Origin: a virus
DNA length: 64,000 bases
Strand: one strand, 5' to 3'
IMG/VR virus record: IMGVR_UViG_3300007735_000801
In this document: positions 17,548 through 28,400 of the stretch, piece by piece
How the letters are laid out: each line of letters opens with the position of its first letter
How positions within the stretch are numbered: position 1 is the stretch's first letter
Position numbers and translations under genes: made by a program
The notes under the pieces: generated by a model
What the model was told of the DNA's origin: nothing
The model's input: the letters and a program-made list of their open reading frames with translations, nothing else
Database searches by the model: none

Positions 17548-19932
17548 ATGCCAACGCCAATCACATCTCTAGCTACTACTGACACGTTTAATACGTGGTT
17601 TAACTCCACCAATACAGTTATAACTGCATTGAATGGTATTAGTATGTACAAAGGATTTGCTGGAGATGGTGTTAGTATCACTTACGATACATCTGGTAAC
17701 TATACATTTAGTCATTCAAATACGGTGACTACTGGAGTAACATTTAACGGAAGTGTTTTATTCAATGGCGCAGTTTCGTTTGCTGGTGCTGCTCCTTCAA
17801 TTTCTTCCACCACAATCAGTATTTCTCCTGCAGTCGCAGGCTTGACTTCTGGTAATATCGTAACTACACATCCTACGTTAGGATTGACTTTAGCAAAAGC
17901 AGATAGTGCAAGCACATCTGAAGTTATGGGTATTGTTGTAGCTCAATCTGCTTCTGCCACAACAGTCGCTGTTAGTGGATCAGTCAATAATACAGTATTC
18001 AGTAATACAATTAGTAATGCATTAGGAATTTCTGGTGCCACATTAACCACTGGACAAGCCTACTTCTTGAGTCCAACTGTGGCTGGTGGAATCACAACAA
18101 TTGAACCAAACACATTTGGTCATGTTTCTAAACCTATTTTGCTAGGTATTACAGGTAGTGCTGGTTCCATACTTCCGTATCGTGGCATCATTATTGAAGG
18201 TATTAGTGCTGGTATTACTGCGGAATTAGATAATAAAGTAATTGTTGAAGTAGATTTTAGTACTAATCCTGCTGGATTTACTACTAGTAATCAGGTTAAA
18301 GTAGGAGATACTTTTTGTGTTGTATACGATAACGGTGATTCGTTTGTTCAATTATTGAGTAATTACGGAAATTATAAACTTGCAGGAAAATTAAATTCCT
18401 CTTCTGGTATTAATTGTTTTGTTCCTGATATGTCTACTGGATTCAGCAATTCAATAGGTGATTTGCTTGGATCTAATTTTTTCGGTCTAGTTAGTAAGGT
18501 TATTACTACCACAGCAACAAAATATATTTTAGAAATTACTACTGTTGGTGGATCCTTTAATTGTAATATTGCTGATTTAGATTCTAGTTTTTATAGTTCG
18601 TCTACAGATACTGGTTCCTATTCTCTTTTTGTAGATACTACTTCAGGGTTAATGGGTCTTATTCCAAATTTATATTCTAACTCAATAGATTATAAGTTTT
18701 TAGACCTTATTAGATTAGATGCAAGTACTGCAAAAATAGTTCTAAGTAAAACACAGAATACCAGAGATCTTGGTACGTATGGTTCTTCTTCTGCATTTAC
18801 TAGTTTTGCTGCATTTGGTGGAGGTGGAGGATCAAATAGCGGAGAATATGATAATCTAATTCCTAATGGCACATTCAGTATTTGGCAGAGAAACGCAACA
18901 TCATTAACTGCTGGTAACTTAAACACATACAGTACACCAGTTGCTGATCGCTGGTTTGTTGTTAAAAATGGTATTACTGGAACAACTGCTTCTATTTCCA
19001 GACAAGAATTTTCTTCGGATCAAACCTCAGTTCCAGGATCTCCGTTATACTATGTTGATTGTAAGTTCCAGTACACACAACCAAGTAGTTTAGACAAACG
19101 ACCAAAACTAGAAAACATTCAGAAGGAAGCACGGCTTCTTCAGAATCAAAATGCTACTATTAATTTCTGGGCAAAGTCCACAATTGATGGATCTACTCTG
19201 GATGTAGTCTATAATCGATACAGAGACGCATACACCACTACTGCAGGCGTTACTACAGATCTAGCTAATCGTGTATTAGTTGGTACTGGTGGTGTAACTC
19301 TCACTACCTTCTGGTCGGAATATGTTTACACCTTCCCTGTCAGTACTTGGGGAACTACATTAGGAGCAACCCAAAGTGGTTGGTTTGCTGTAGGATTTGA
19401 ATTCCCAAATTCCACTACCACTATTAGTCTTGCACAAGTTCAATTAGACTTTAACGGAAACACTGGATCTGTATTTTATGTGAGTCCAACCGCCGAACTA
19501 GAGCGATGCAAACCTTATTATCAAAGAACTTATGATCTGGGACAAACTGCAGGATATGCTGGAAGTTCCACAAATAACGAAAAAGTATTGCAATTAGCAA
19601 ATCTAAATTCACAAACAATTTATTTTGTTGATTTCCCAGTAGAAATGGTCAGCAGTCCAACCATTTCCTTGTATGCACCAAACGGAATATTAGGTGATGC
19701 TTATAATATGAATTCAGGAAAAAATATGGCAAGTTCAGATGCTACAACAGTTTCGTATCCATGGACAACAACTACATTTACACGTGTCAGTAGTTCTTCA
19801 TCTTACGGAAATATTTCTGTTGGCTCTACTAGTAAAAAGGGAATGGAAATTTCCATACTTAATGGAGCAGCATCTTTGGATGCATTAAAGTTCCATTATG
19901 TTGCAGATTCAGATTTAAGTTTAAACGTATAA
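17548..19932 (+). CDS. Tail fibre/baseplate-attached structural protein
   Basis: N-term LATTDTFNTWFNSTN anchor motif; NLIPNGTFSIWQR...ADRW...ELERCKPYYQ carbohydrate-binding-like fibre domain. Confidence 0.7.
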   Translation: MPTPITSLATTDTFNTWFNSTNTVITALNGISMYKGFAGDGVSITYDTSGNYTFSHSNTVTTGVTFNGSVLFNGAVSFAGAAPSISSTTISISPAVAGLTSGNIVTTHPTLGLTLAKADSASTSEVMGIVVAQSASATTVAVSGSVNNTVFSNTISNALGISGATLTTGQAYFLSPTVAGGITTIEPNTFGHVSKPILLGITGSAGSILPYRGIIIEGISAGITAELDNKVIVEVDFSTNPAGFTTSNQVKVGDTFCVVYDNGDSFVQLLSNYGNYKLAGKLNSSSGINCFVPDMSTGFSNSIGDLLGSNFFGLVSKVITTTATKYILEITTVGGSFNCNIADLDSSFYSSSTDTGSYSLFVDTTSGLMGLIPNLYSNSIDYKFLDLIRLDASTAKIVLSKTQNTRDLGTYGSSSAFTSFAAFGGGGGSNSGEYDNLIPNGTFSIWQRNATSLTAGNLNTYSTPVADRWFVVKNGITGTTASISRQEFSSDQTSVPGSPLYYVDCKFQYTQPSSLDKRPKLENIQKEARLLQNQNATINFWAKSTIDGSTLDVVYNRYRDAYTTTAGVTTDLANRVLVGTGGVTLTTFWSEYVYTFPVSTWGTTLGATQSGWFAVGFEFPNSTTTISLAQVQLDFNGNTGSVFYVSPTAELERCKPYYQRTYDLGQTAGYAGSSTNNEKVLQLANLNSQTIYFVDFPVEMVSSPTISLYAPNGILGDAYNMNSGKNMASSDATTVSYPWTTTTFTRVSSSSSYGNISVGSTSKKGMEISILNGAASLDALKFHYVADSDLSLNV

Positions 19933-19941
19933 GGATAATAA

Positions 19942-21075
19942 ATGGCTAATTCTTCCAGTTCACAAAATAGCAGAGTCTTTGCCCCATATGTTGTGTTGGC
20001 ACAAGATACTTCACGTCTTTTCATCACCATAAAGACAGGAGAAGGTTATAGTATTGCTAGCGGTATTACTGCTGGAGATGTTATTCGATTTAATCCTCAA
20101 TATGCTGCAGCGGGTATAACTGGACAATATGTTAAATCACAAGCTAATACCGACGAAAATGCTGAAGTTGTTGGTATTGTTGAAAGCAAAGCAAATAATA
20201 TTTACACCGTTGTTACACATGGTTCTATTTTATATCCTGCTAGTCGTTTGACTGGAATTTGCGGAGCTGGTGGTGGTCTTGACATTCTATTTTTAGATTA
20301 TAATGTTGCTGGTGGATTGACAGGAACTATCGATCTTAGCACTACTGGGGAAAAGATTATTAAACCAGTGTTTCAGATAGCTCCTCATAGCACATATAAT
20401 GGATTAGTAGTAAACTACATTGGCTATAAGACAGGAAATGCAGCTACAGTATCATCAAATCCAACAGGTGCTGGAAATGTTCAATATGTTAATGCTAGCG
20501 TTACTCCTGCCAGTAATTGGTTGGAAGTTAGTGTAGACCGAACAGTTCAGGTTGCAATGTTTTCTGATTTGTATGGAGTTTACGGAAAAACAAATGGTCC
20601 TTTCACTGAAAAGATTACTGTGACATCTACACCATCCAGTGCATTAATTGGTAGAACAATATACCAATTAAGTGGTGGTAGTCAAATAAACACAGGTACA
20701 ATTACGAGTGTTGATACTGGTAACAAATACATTTACGCACAAAAAGTTTCAAATGCATCATTGATGACTGTTCCTGGAACAGTCTATGTTGCTACTAGCG
20801 GATCTGGGCAATTATTTTCAGCAACAGCATCAGAAGTTTATGAATTTACTGTTCCTGCTGTTGTTAGTAGTAATGTGATAACTCAAAATTCATCTCCATT
20901 AATTCCTTATGTAGAAACAACTAACACATCTACCGTTAGTGTGCCTGGAGCATTAAGTGTTACATCAATGAGCGTATCTGGAATTTTAGAATTAGGTGAC
21001 ATAACAGATGTAGAAACTCGCATTAATACTATGCAATCCCAAATTGATACTATAAATGCTAGGTTAAACCTCTAA
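19942..21075 (+). CDS. Tail fibre-like structural protein
   Basis: Shares the (K)SQAN..ENAEVVGIV and FL...VAGGLT domain with the previous gene; coiled-coil-like C-terminus. Confidence 0.65.
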   Translation: MANSSSSQNSRVFAPYVVLAQDTSRLFITIKTGEGYSIASGITAGDVIRFNPQYAAAGITGQYVKSQANTDENAEVVGIVESKANNIYTVVTHGSILYPASRLTGICGAGGGLDILFLDYNVAGGLTGTIDLSTTGEKIIKPVFQIAPHSTYNGLVVNYIGYKTGNAATVSSNPTGAGNVQYVNASVTPASNWLEVSVDRTVQVAMFSDLYGVYGKTNGPFTEKITVTSTPSSALIGRTIYQLSGGSQINTGTITSVDTGNKYIYAQKVSNASLMTVPGTVYVATSGSGQLFSATASEVYEFTVPAVVSSNVITQNSSPLIPYVETTNTSTVSVPGALSVTSMSVSGILELGDITDVETRINTMQSQIDTINARLNL

Positions 21076-22448
21076 TGAAAATTATTGGTTCTAGTGTAGC
21101 TAGTTCAGTAACTTCCTACTTTTCAGCTACAGGACCAACTGGTCCTACTGGTCCAACTGGTCCTACAGGACCCGCTGGATACGGACCAACAGGACCAACT
21201 GGTTCTAATATTATTGGAATCACATTAGTTAATCGTTTTTTAGTAACTACATTTTCTAATGGTTCTACTTATTCTACTCCTGTGCAAGTATATGGTGCAA
21301 CAGGAAATGCATCTTACCTATTAGGGGTTTCTAATATAGGAACTGGTGTTAGTTTAGGTTATGGTGTTACTGGAACCAATTTACAAGTAAGACCTATAAG
21401 ATTTGTTAGTACTGCTAACACATCATTTTCAGTATCTGATCAGACAAATTTTGTGGATGTTAATTTTCAAATTAATAGTCCTGGAGTAACACTAGTAAAC
21501 TCTAGTTCAACAGAAAGAAATTTAATAAAATTTAATTCTTCTGGAGTTCTACAAAGAGTCTCTAATACCTTTGGCATAACCCTACCACTAGATCCAACTA
21601 ATGTTGGTGTGCAATCTATTGGTTTTGTAAACGCAAATATTTTTGAAATTGTTCGTGGTGGTGGATGGACAGGTTCCACAGGAGGTGGTTCAACAGGCGC
21701 AATTGGTTGTACTGCCACAGTTGTAGGAATTACCTGTACGATAGATCCTACTTTCAGAGAATTTGATGGTCAAATGTATGGTTCTAGTTCTCGTGTATTT
21801 GTTACAGATTTCCGTGGAAGTACTGGAACAATTGTTGTTAACAATCCACCAAACGATAATAAGGTTTATGGATTTGATTTGCTTCTTTCTGGAGCATTAA
21901 ATCCTCAATTAATTTCTAACAGATTTAGCTCAAACATTAAATGGTCTCTGAACAGAGCACCATGTTTTAGTTTTGATGGAACTACTTGTGATATGAAAAT
22001 ATCATTTTTTGGCTTAGGTGGAACCACAGCTTGGTATGCTTCAGCAATCCCAACATCATCTCGATGTACTGATGTTAAGATGTTTGATTCTAATTGTGTT
22101 TCTCCTAATACATTTACCTCTGGAAGTTCTACCTTTAAAGAATTGGGATTCACTGGAGCTTGTTGTAAGGCTGATGGAACCTGCGAAGAAACCTATGCAG
22201 AAAATTGTGTAGGATTCTTTCACGGCATTGGTACTACTTGCGGAACAACATATGACTCTATTTGTGACAAAGTAGGAGCTTGCTGTGTTCTTGATGTAAC
22301 GTATAATTGTTATGATTACCTGTCTTGCACAGATTGCCTGGCTCTAGGAATATCTGGTTCTGTAACCACTCAGTTCGCAGGAAAATATACTACATGTGCT
22401 GATGTGGATTGTAGTATTCTTTACGACAACTACTATAATTTCTTATAA
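21075..22448 (+). CDS. Collagen-like, Cys-rich (GACC repeat) fibre protein 1
   Basis: (GPT)n repeat near N-terminus; two GACC...C...C...C units at C-terminus. Confidence 0.7.
   Translation: MKIIGSSVASSVTSYFSATGPTGPTGPTGPTGPAGYGPTGPTGSNIIGITLVNRFLVTTFSNGSTYSTPVQVYGATGNASYLLGVSNIGTGVSLGYGVTGTNLQVRPIRFVSTANTSFSVSDQTNFVDVNFQINSPGVTLVNSSSTERNLIKFNSSGVLQRVSNTFGITLPLDPTNVGVQSIGFVNANIFEIVRGGGWTGSTGGGSTGAIGCTATVVGITCTIDPTFREFDGQMYGSSSRVFVTDFRGSTGTIVVNNPPNDNKVYGFDLLLSGALNPQLISNRFSSNIKWSLNRAPCFSFDGTTCDMKISFFGLGGTTAWYASAIPTSSRCTDVKMFDSNCVSPNTFTSGSSTFKELGFTGACCKADGTCEETYAENCVGFFHGIGTTCGTTYDSICDKVGACCVLDVTYNCYDYLSCTDCLALGISGSVTTQFAGKYTTCADVDCSILYDNYYNFL
21132..21203 (+). repeat. Collagen-like GPT repeat (9-nt period)
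   Basis: ggaccaact ggtcctact ggtccaact ggtcctaca... encoding GPTGPTGPTGPTGPAGYGPTGPTG. Confidence 0.9.
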
Positions 22449-22461
22449 CTAATATAGAATC

Positions 22462-25374
22462 ATGGCTATTCAAGGATCCAGTTTAATTACTATTAAAGCC
22501 CTAGACGGCTCTTTGTCGTTTGTTGGGTTTTCGGGACCTACTGGTCCAACAGGACCGACAGGACCAACAGGCGGAACAGGAACTACTGGAGCCACTGGTA
22601 ATGGTGTCAGCTTTATTCGGAAAATAAACTCTGACGGAATCACGGTATTTCTTATAAACGGAACCGCAATCAGTGTTACTGGATTGACTGGTAATAGTCC
22701 GTTGCCTGCTGATTTTGCAGCAAATCCTTATAGTGTTGTTGGATCTACTGGCACCACATCATTATCTTTCAATGTTGGTGGTGTTGTTTCAGGTTTAACG
22801 GCATCATTTAAACCAATAAGAGGTTTAGCTGGTCTCAGTTTAACTTATTCTGGAAGCGATTTAATATTTAGAGGAATAACTAGTAGTTCTGGTTTTGGTG
22901 TAACCAATGCAGTCTTATATTCTGCTGGAAATACAGCGGCTCCTTTGGTTGATTCGTCTGGATTAAATACAATATTTCGTTATGAAACCCATACTGCTGG
23001 CTCTACAACACAACCTGTTGCTGTGGCAACAATATCTAAATTTCTACAAGGCAAAAATTCCGCAGGAATCACTAATATTAATTTGGTTGAAGTGAGCGGT
23101 ATTACTGCATACATTAAAACTTTTGCAGATACTTCAGTAAATTCTTTTTATACAAATTCTGGAATATGGTATAATAAACAGTGGTATAATAGTTCCTATA
23201 AAGATGTTAAAGCAACATTAACGCCTGCTACTGCTGTACAGAATAGTGGTGTAACATCTAATACTAATATTGTTTTCCGAACTCAAAACACTACTCCGTT
23301 TGCTTTACAGGAATATGGTTCGTGTTGTTTCTGTAGTAGCGGAAAGCAGTGTTTGGATTACGTTACTAGGTCCTATTGCTCTAGTGTAAGTGGAACATTT
23401 TCGACAACTCTATCCTGTAATATACGAAAAAATAATGGTGATTCTGGTTGTTATGCATCTATTGGTGCATGTTGTATCAATGGTACTTGCGTAGAAACAT
23501 CTCAATCACAATGCGAATCTTATGGTGGAGTTTTTGAAACAGGAAAGACTTGTTTTAATGCTACATCATGCAGACTTAATAGTTTTTTAATTTTTTATGA
23601 TGGCGAAGAAGCTAAATTAGATGCTATGACAAATCCTGATAATGATTTTAGTCATATGACTTGGCGGCAAAATGTTCCAGAACTTGATGCTATTGGTGCA
23701 CGGCGTATGCCATTTACTTGTGGTGCGGATCCTTGGTGGTTGACTACACAAAAATTTCGTGTAAATACAACAACTCCTAATAATGGATTAAACTGGAGAG
23801 GATATTATGGTGCTGGATTACCTGGTACTTGTCCAGACAGTAGATGGGCTCATTGCTTTCAGAAAATAACAGAAGGTTTAGACGTACAGGCGTTTAATTA
23901 TGTAACACAAGACGAAATTGATTGGATGGCACAAGCATTAGTGCTTCAGGGTGTTACCTCAACTAGTTCTGAATATATTTATTTAAATTGGCACGAAGAC
24001 TATAGAGATTTTTCTCTTTTTCCTGGAATGACTGGTCCTACTGATAATGTTCATATAGTGAATATATCTGGTCAAAATATACAATTGCCACGAGCTGTAA
24101 TGAGTGAAAACAATACAGGAAGAACAGAAAAACAAAATCATTTAGAATTTGGTAAATATATTGGTAGTTTGCTTACGGGTGGTACTGGATCTGACGGAAA
24201 ATCATTTAATGGTTTAAAACATTATTTTCCTAAATGTTTGTTTGGTTTTTATAATCATCCTACTTGGGGTTATTATTTTCCTTCAGGAACACCTTATTGG
24301 ATCATGACAGGAACAAGGGCACAGATACTCAATTCCATGAATGTTGCTGCTGATGCATTTGTTAGTTATTTGCAGGCTGGAAATTATGCTATAGATTTAC
24401 TAATGCCTAGTGTATACACTGCACTCAATAATCCAGATGCTAATGCAGAAAGATCAAAACAAGCAGTAGAATTTTGTAATATTATCAACGATAAACTTGC
24501 TGAACTTGGAGTAGAAAGAAAACTAATAATTCCTTGGATTTCTCCACAACACGACACAATATCTACTGGGGGTCCTTATACTTCGGGAAACGGAAACGTA
24601 TGGACACCACCAAGCACACAAATGACTAGAGATGAAATGCAAAGTCATATGATTGATCCTATAGTTAAGGCTGGAGCCGATGGAGCAACTATATGGATTG
24701 GTAGTGGATATAGAGCAACATTAGCTATGGGTAGAGATACTAGATATTGGCTTAAAGACGCAAATGGCAATTATACTGGTGCTCGAAGTGATTACGTAGG
24801 AGGTTCAGAAGATGCTACTCCACAATCCAATTGGCAAAAGTGGTTTTATCTACATCCTGGTGGAACAACAGCTGGTATAAATCAATGGTCTGATAAAACT
24901 ATGTTAAGACATTCTATAGCTGCCCATTACACATGGACAAAAGAACCTGAACTTATGGGTATAACTGGAAATCGGTGGTGGCCCGAAATGCCTACAAAAT
25001 ATGTTCCAGCAGCATGGATGCCATTACATTCACCTTTGAAAGATTTTAAAATTACTGGTCAAACTGCACCATACGGAAATCGAGTAGTGCCTTGTCCTGG
25101 ATCTACATCTCCTGATTCAGTAATGTCTATAGTTGTTGAAGTATTAGGTGGTGTGAAAAAAGATTTAGTAGAAGTGTTTATAGATAGATGGAATTTTAAT
25201 TTAGATGGTGGATTTCAACAGGGCGGGTTAGGACAGGCATCGTTTACTAGTTTTGTACCAGTATTAGACGATGATGCTGTTAAACGTATTGCCGAACCAA
25301 AACCTTCAAATATCTCTGATATGAATTCGTTTTATGCACTAGTTGACGAAAATGCAATACACGGAGTCACTTAA
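22462..25374 (+). CDS. Collagen-like, Cys-rich fibre protein 2 with C-terminal glycoside-hydrolase-like (GH56-like) domain
   Basis: GPT repeats; GSCC and GACC units; LKHYFPKCLFGFYNHP, IDLLMPSVY, AGADGATIW. Confidence 0.65.
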   Translation: MAIQGSSLITIKALDGSLSFVGFSGPTGPTGPTGPTGGTGTTGATGNGVSFIRKINSDGITVFLINGTAISVTGLTGNSPLPADFAANPYSVVGSTGTTSLSFNVGGVVSGLTASFKPIRGLAGLSLTYSGSDLIFRGITSSSGFGVTNAVLYSAGNTAAPLVDSSGLNTIFRYETHTAGSTTQPVAVATISKFLQGKNSAGITNINLVEVSGITAYIKTFADTSVNSFYTNSGIWYNKQWYNSSYKDVKATLTPATAVQNSGVTSNTNIVFRTQNTTPFALQEYGSCCFCSSGKQCLDYVTRSYCSSVSGTFSTTLSCNIRKNNGDSGCYASIGACCINGTCVETSQSQCESYGGVFETGKTCFNATSCRLNSFLIFYDGEEAKLDAMTNPDNDFSHMTWRQNVPELDAIGARRMPFTCGADPWWLTTQKFRVNTTTPNNGLNWRGYYGAGLPGTCPDSRWAHCFQKITEGLDVQAFNYVTQDEIDWMAQALVLQGVTSTSSEYIYLNWHEDYRDFSLFPGMTGPTDNVHIVNISGQNIQLPRAVMSENNTGRTEKQNHLEFGKYIGSLLTGGTGSDGKSFNGLKHYFPKCLFGFYNHPTWGYYFPSGTPYWIMTGTRAQILNSMNVAADAFVSYLQAGNYAIDLLMPSVYTALNNPDANAERSKQAVEFCNIINDKLAELGVERKLIIPWISPQHDTISTGGPYTSGNGNVWTPPSTQMTRDEMQSHMIDPIVKAGADGATIWIGSGYRATLAMGRDTRYWLKDANGNYTGARSDYVGGSEDATPQSNWQKWFYLHPGGTTAGINQWSDKTMLRHSIAAHYTWTKEPELMGITGNRWWPEMPTKYVPAAWMPLHSPLKDFKITGQTAPYGNRVVPCPGSTSPDSVMSIVVEVLGGVKKDLVEVFIDRWNFNLDGGFQQGGLGQASFTSFVPVLDDDAVKRIAEPKPSNISDMNSFYALVDENAIHGVT
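22534..22599 (+). repeat. Collagen-like G-x-T repeat
   Basis: GPTGPTGPTGPTGGTGTTGATG. Confidence 0.88.
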
Positions 25375-25400
25375 ATCTTACTAAATAAAGCAGAACTCTT

Positions 25401-28400
25401 ATGCCAACAATTATAGGAAACAGCACAATATTTGGTATAGGTGGTAATACTGGATCTACTGGTAATACTGGTAATCCTGGTCCTACTGGTGCTAGAGGTA
25501 ATCTTGGTTCTACTGCTGGTCCTACTGGCGGTACTGCAGTTTATATTAGTACCGTTACATTCGATTCTGCCAGAAACAGATTAACGTTTGTTGGATCTAA
25601 CGGAACCAATCTTTCTGTTTTGGAAGGATTTACTGGATCTACTGGCTATTATTCTGATTCCAGAGGAATATCTGCCACTATAGCTGCTGGGTATCTTTCT
25701 GGTTTGTCAGGCATTATTGGCGGAAATACTTTTCAATTTTTAGGAATTTGCGGAGCTGGAACCTTAATATCATCTCTATCTACAGACAAAACAGAAATTT
25801 TAATAACTCCAAATGTTTTGGCTAGTTCCCCTTCTTACGGATCCACTCTACCAAATAATTATATTGCTTACACTACTTCTTCTTTTTCCGCAACCACAAC
25901 TAAAATTGGTGTTACAGGCACAAACTCTATTTTATCTTTTGGTCTAACAGCTGATAATGGAGCCACTGGTAATTCTGTAAAAGTATTTACTGATTTCAAT
26001 GAAATTTATTTTGGTATAACTGGAGGAATTACTTTAGGATTTAGTGGAGGAGTTTCTTTAAATTCTGTTGTAACTGGATATGATGCTGGTGGATTGGTTT
26101 TAGATTTAACCAAGTACACCACATACAAAACTACTGCACCAATTGGCATTACGGCATTTACTTCAAGTAGCGATACAGGAGCAATTCAAGCTTATACTTT
26201 CTTTATTGAGGGTGCTGAAGTCTGGAATTTTCCAAAGAATGTGTATTTTGAAAATACTAATTCAGGAATTTGTGGTTACGGATTCTTGGACGGAATGAAT
26301 ATTGTTCACTTGTGGAGCGATAATGCAGGACTTACATTTAATGCTGCATTTGTTGCTCGTGGTATAGGTGAAGCAAATAGCACAGTATATACTTCTCAGA
26401 TTGGTTCTTGTTGTTATTCTGCTGGCACCACTTGTTTAGACTATACGACTCTAAGAGACTGTAATCTTCTTGGTGGTAATTTTAATCCCTTAAAGCCATG
26501 CTCACAAACTTGTATAGAAATTGGATCTTGTTGCAGCGAAAATACTTGTTACGAAAATACACCAAAAAGTGTTTGTGAGGAAATTGCAGGAACATATAGT
26601 ATAGGACCTAATTGCACTAGTGCTGTGTGCGGAGTAAAAACTTATGATTTAATAATTACAGAATTAGCAGATCCTTTGATATTAAAAACTGTAAATAAAT
26701 TATTTACTGCTACAATTCGAACCACAGATACCGATCCTGTTTTTGTTAGCTTTCCTTCTGGTGTTGTATCAAACACCAGTGAAAGTTTTAATGCATTTTA
26801 TGCAATATTGCCAAATCAAACTATTATTAGTGATATGACAGGGTTGACTAACGGAACCACTCTTGGGTTTTATTTTGACAACACAAATACTCCAACTATT
26901 TCTGGAGCTTTAGGAACACTTCCTATATTGTTGCAAGACACAAATAGAGACACACAAAAAGTAAAAAATATAGATGTTGTTTATAGACCAGAAGGATCTG
27001 GGTGTGGTGGTTGTGTTAGTGCATTTCAGATTGCTGGAGGATTTTCGACTGTTCGATATTGTAATGATTGTTATACGATAAATTCATCAGGTCTTCAACA
27101 ATTTAGTCGAGTACAAACTCAAAGTGGAACAATTAATTTTTGTATTGCTAGTTCTGGATGTGGGTTTACTCTATCAGTAAATTGTATTAATGTTGATGAA
27201 GTTATAGATTTAGACGACTGCAAAATAACTGGTGCTAATATTGACGATAATTCCTTATTATGTCCTCATAGAGAATATAAATTTTTAGATAATAATTGTG
27301 TTGGATGTGAAAATTCAGCTAAACCGTATTTGTCTTTAGCTCATACTCATTGTAAGGGAGCAACTTTAGATGGTGGAGTAACATCTGGTTATTATTATAC
27401 TTATAATTTTAATAATGAAATGTACGGATATTTAAATGATGCAGGAATTACTGCTATTGCTGATATAAGCAAAATAGAAAAAGGTTTAAAGTCTGCAATA
27501 TCAAACAGCAAAAAAAATAATAAACCATTACTTTACAATAAAGACAACATGCTAACTGGTATTACTTATACTAATTATGCCACCTGTTGTCCAGTAAATA
27601 ATACGCCAGATATTGTTTTAGATTTTTCTGCTGGTAGAAGAATTTTTGTGTATCAAATACAAGTTGTAAGAAGAACTGGTTGGAATGGTCATGTGGAAGG
27701 TGAATGGGGTACTGGTGGTTTAGGTATGAGTACTAAAGGATCTCCATGCAACGGTGTAGATGGAATGTGGGATTATTATTATGCACTGGTATCTACTGAA
27801 GTAGATGCTACAGACAGTATTATGCCACCACCAATTAATAGTTGCATGACTATAATACCTTTTGCAGAAATAGCAGAAGGAATAATAAAAAGAGATTGTA
27901 CGTTTGAATCCATAGTAAATGTTAGTAATTTGTTCTATTTTAATTTTCTCGGAGAAATAGTAAACGGCACAAATGACGTTAAATTAAATAATGGTAAACT
28001 TGTATGGAATAATAATCCTACTTGGTTTAGTGACTATAGATTTTTCCAAAGTGAGGTTTTTCAAGGTTATCCTGCATCAGGTTTGAATTATTATTCTCAT
28101 ATTTTTCATAAAACAATTGGCAATTTTACAACAACCCTTAAAAGAAATAATGAATTTCGTAGATATTTTTGGGGTCCTGGATACTGTAATGGTGGTGATT
28201 TTGGTACAGTTTTATGTTCTAATACTGTACAAAACAGATGTATATTAAGTTCATCTATTGGATTTTCTAATAGTATAAAAACTAATCCCGATATTCTAGA
28301 TAATTTGTGTTATTTTGGTTATTCTCATGCAATAGAACTGTTTGTGGCTTCTGATCCAGATACTGGTATTCCGATTGAAATTACCCCTACGTTATACGAC

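Noticed and set aside
21132-25540. 9-nt periodic repeats as a CRISPR-like or VNTR element
   Set aside because: They are in-frame collagen codons with synonymous variation and no spacers
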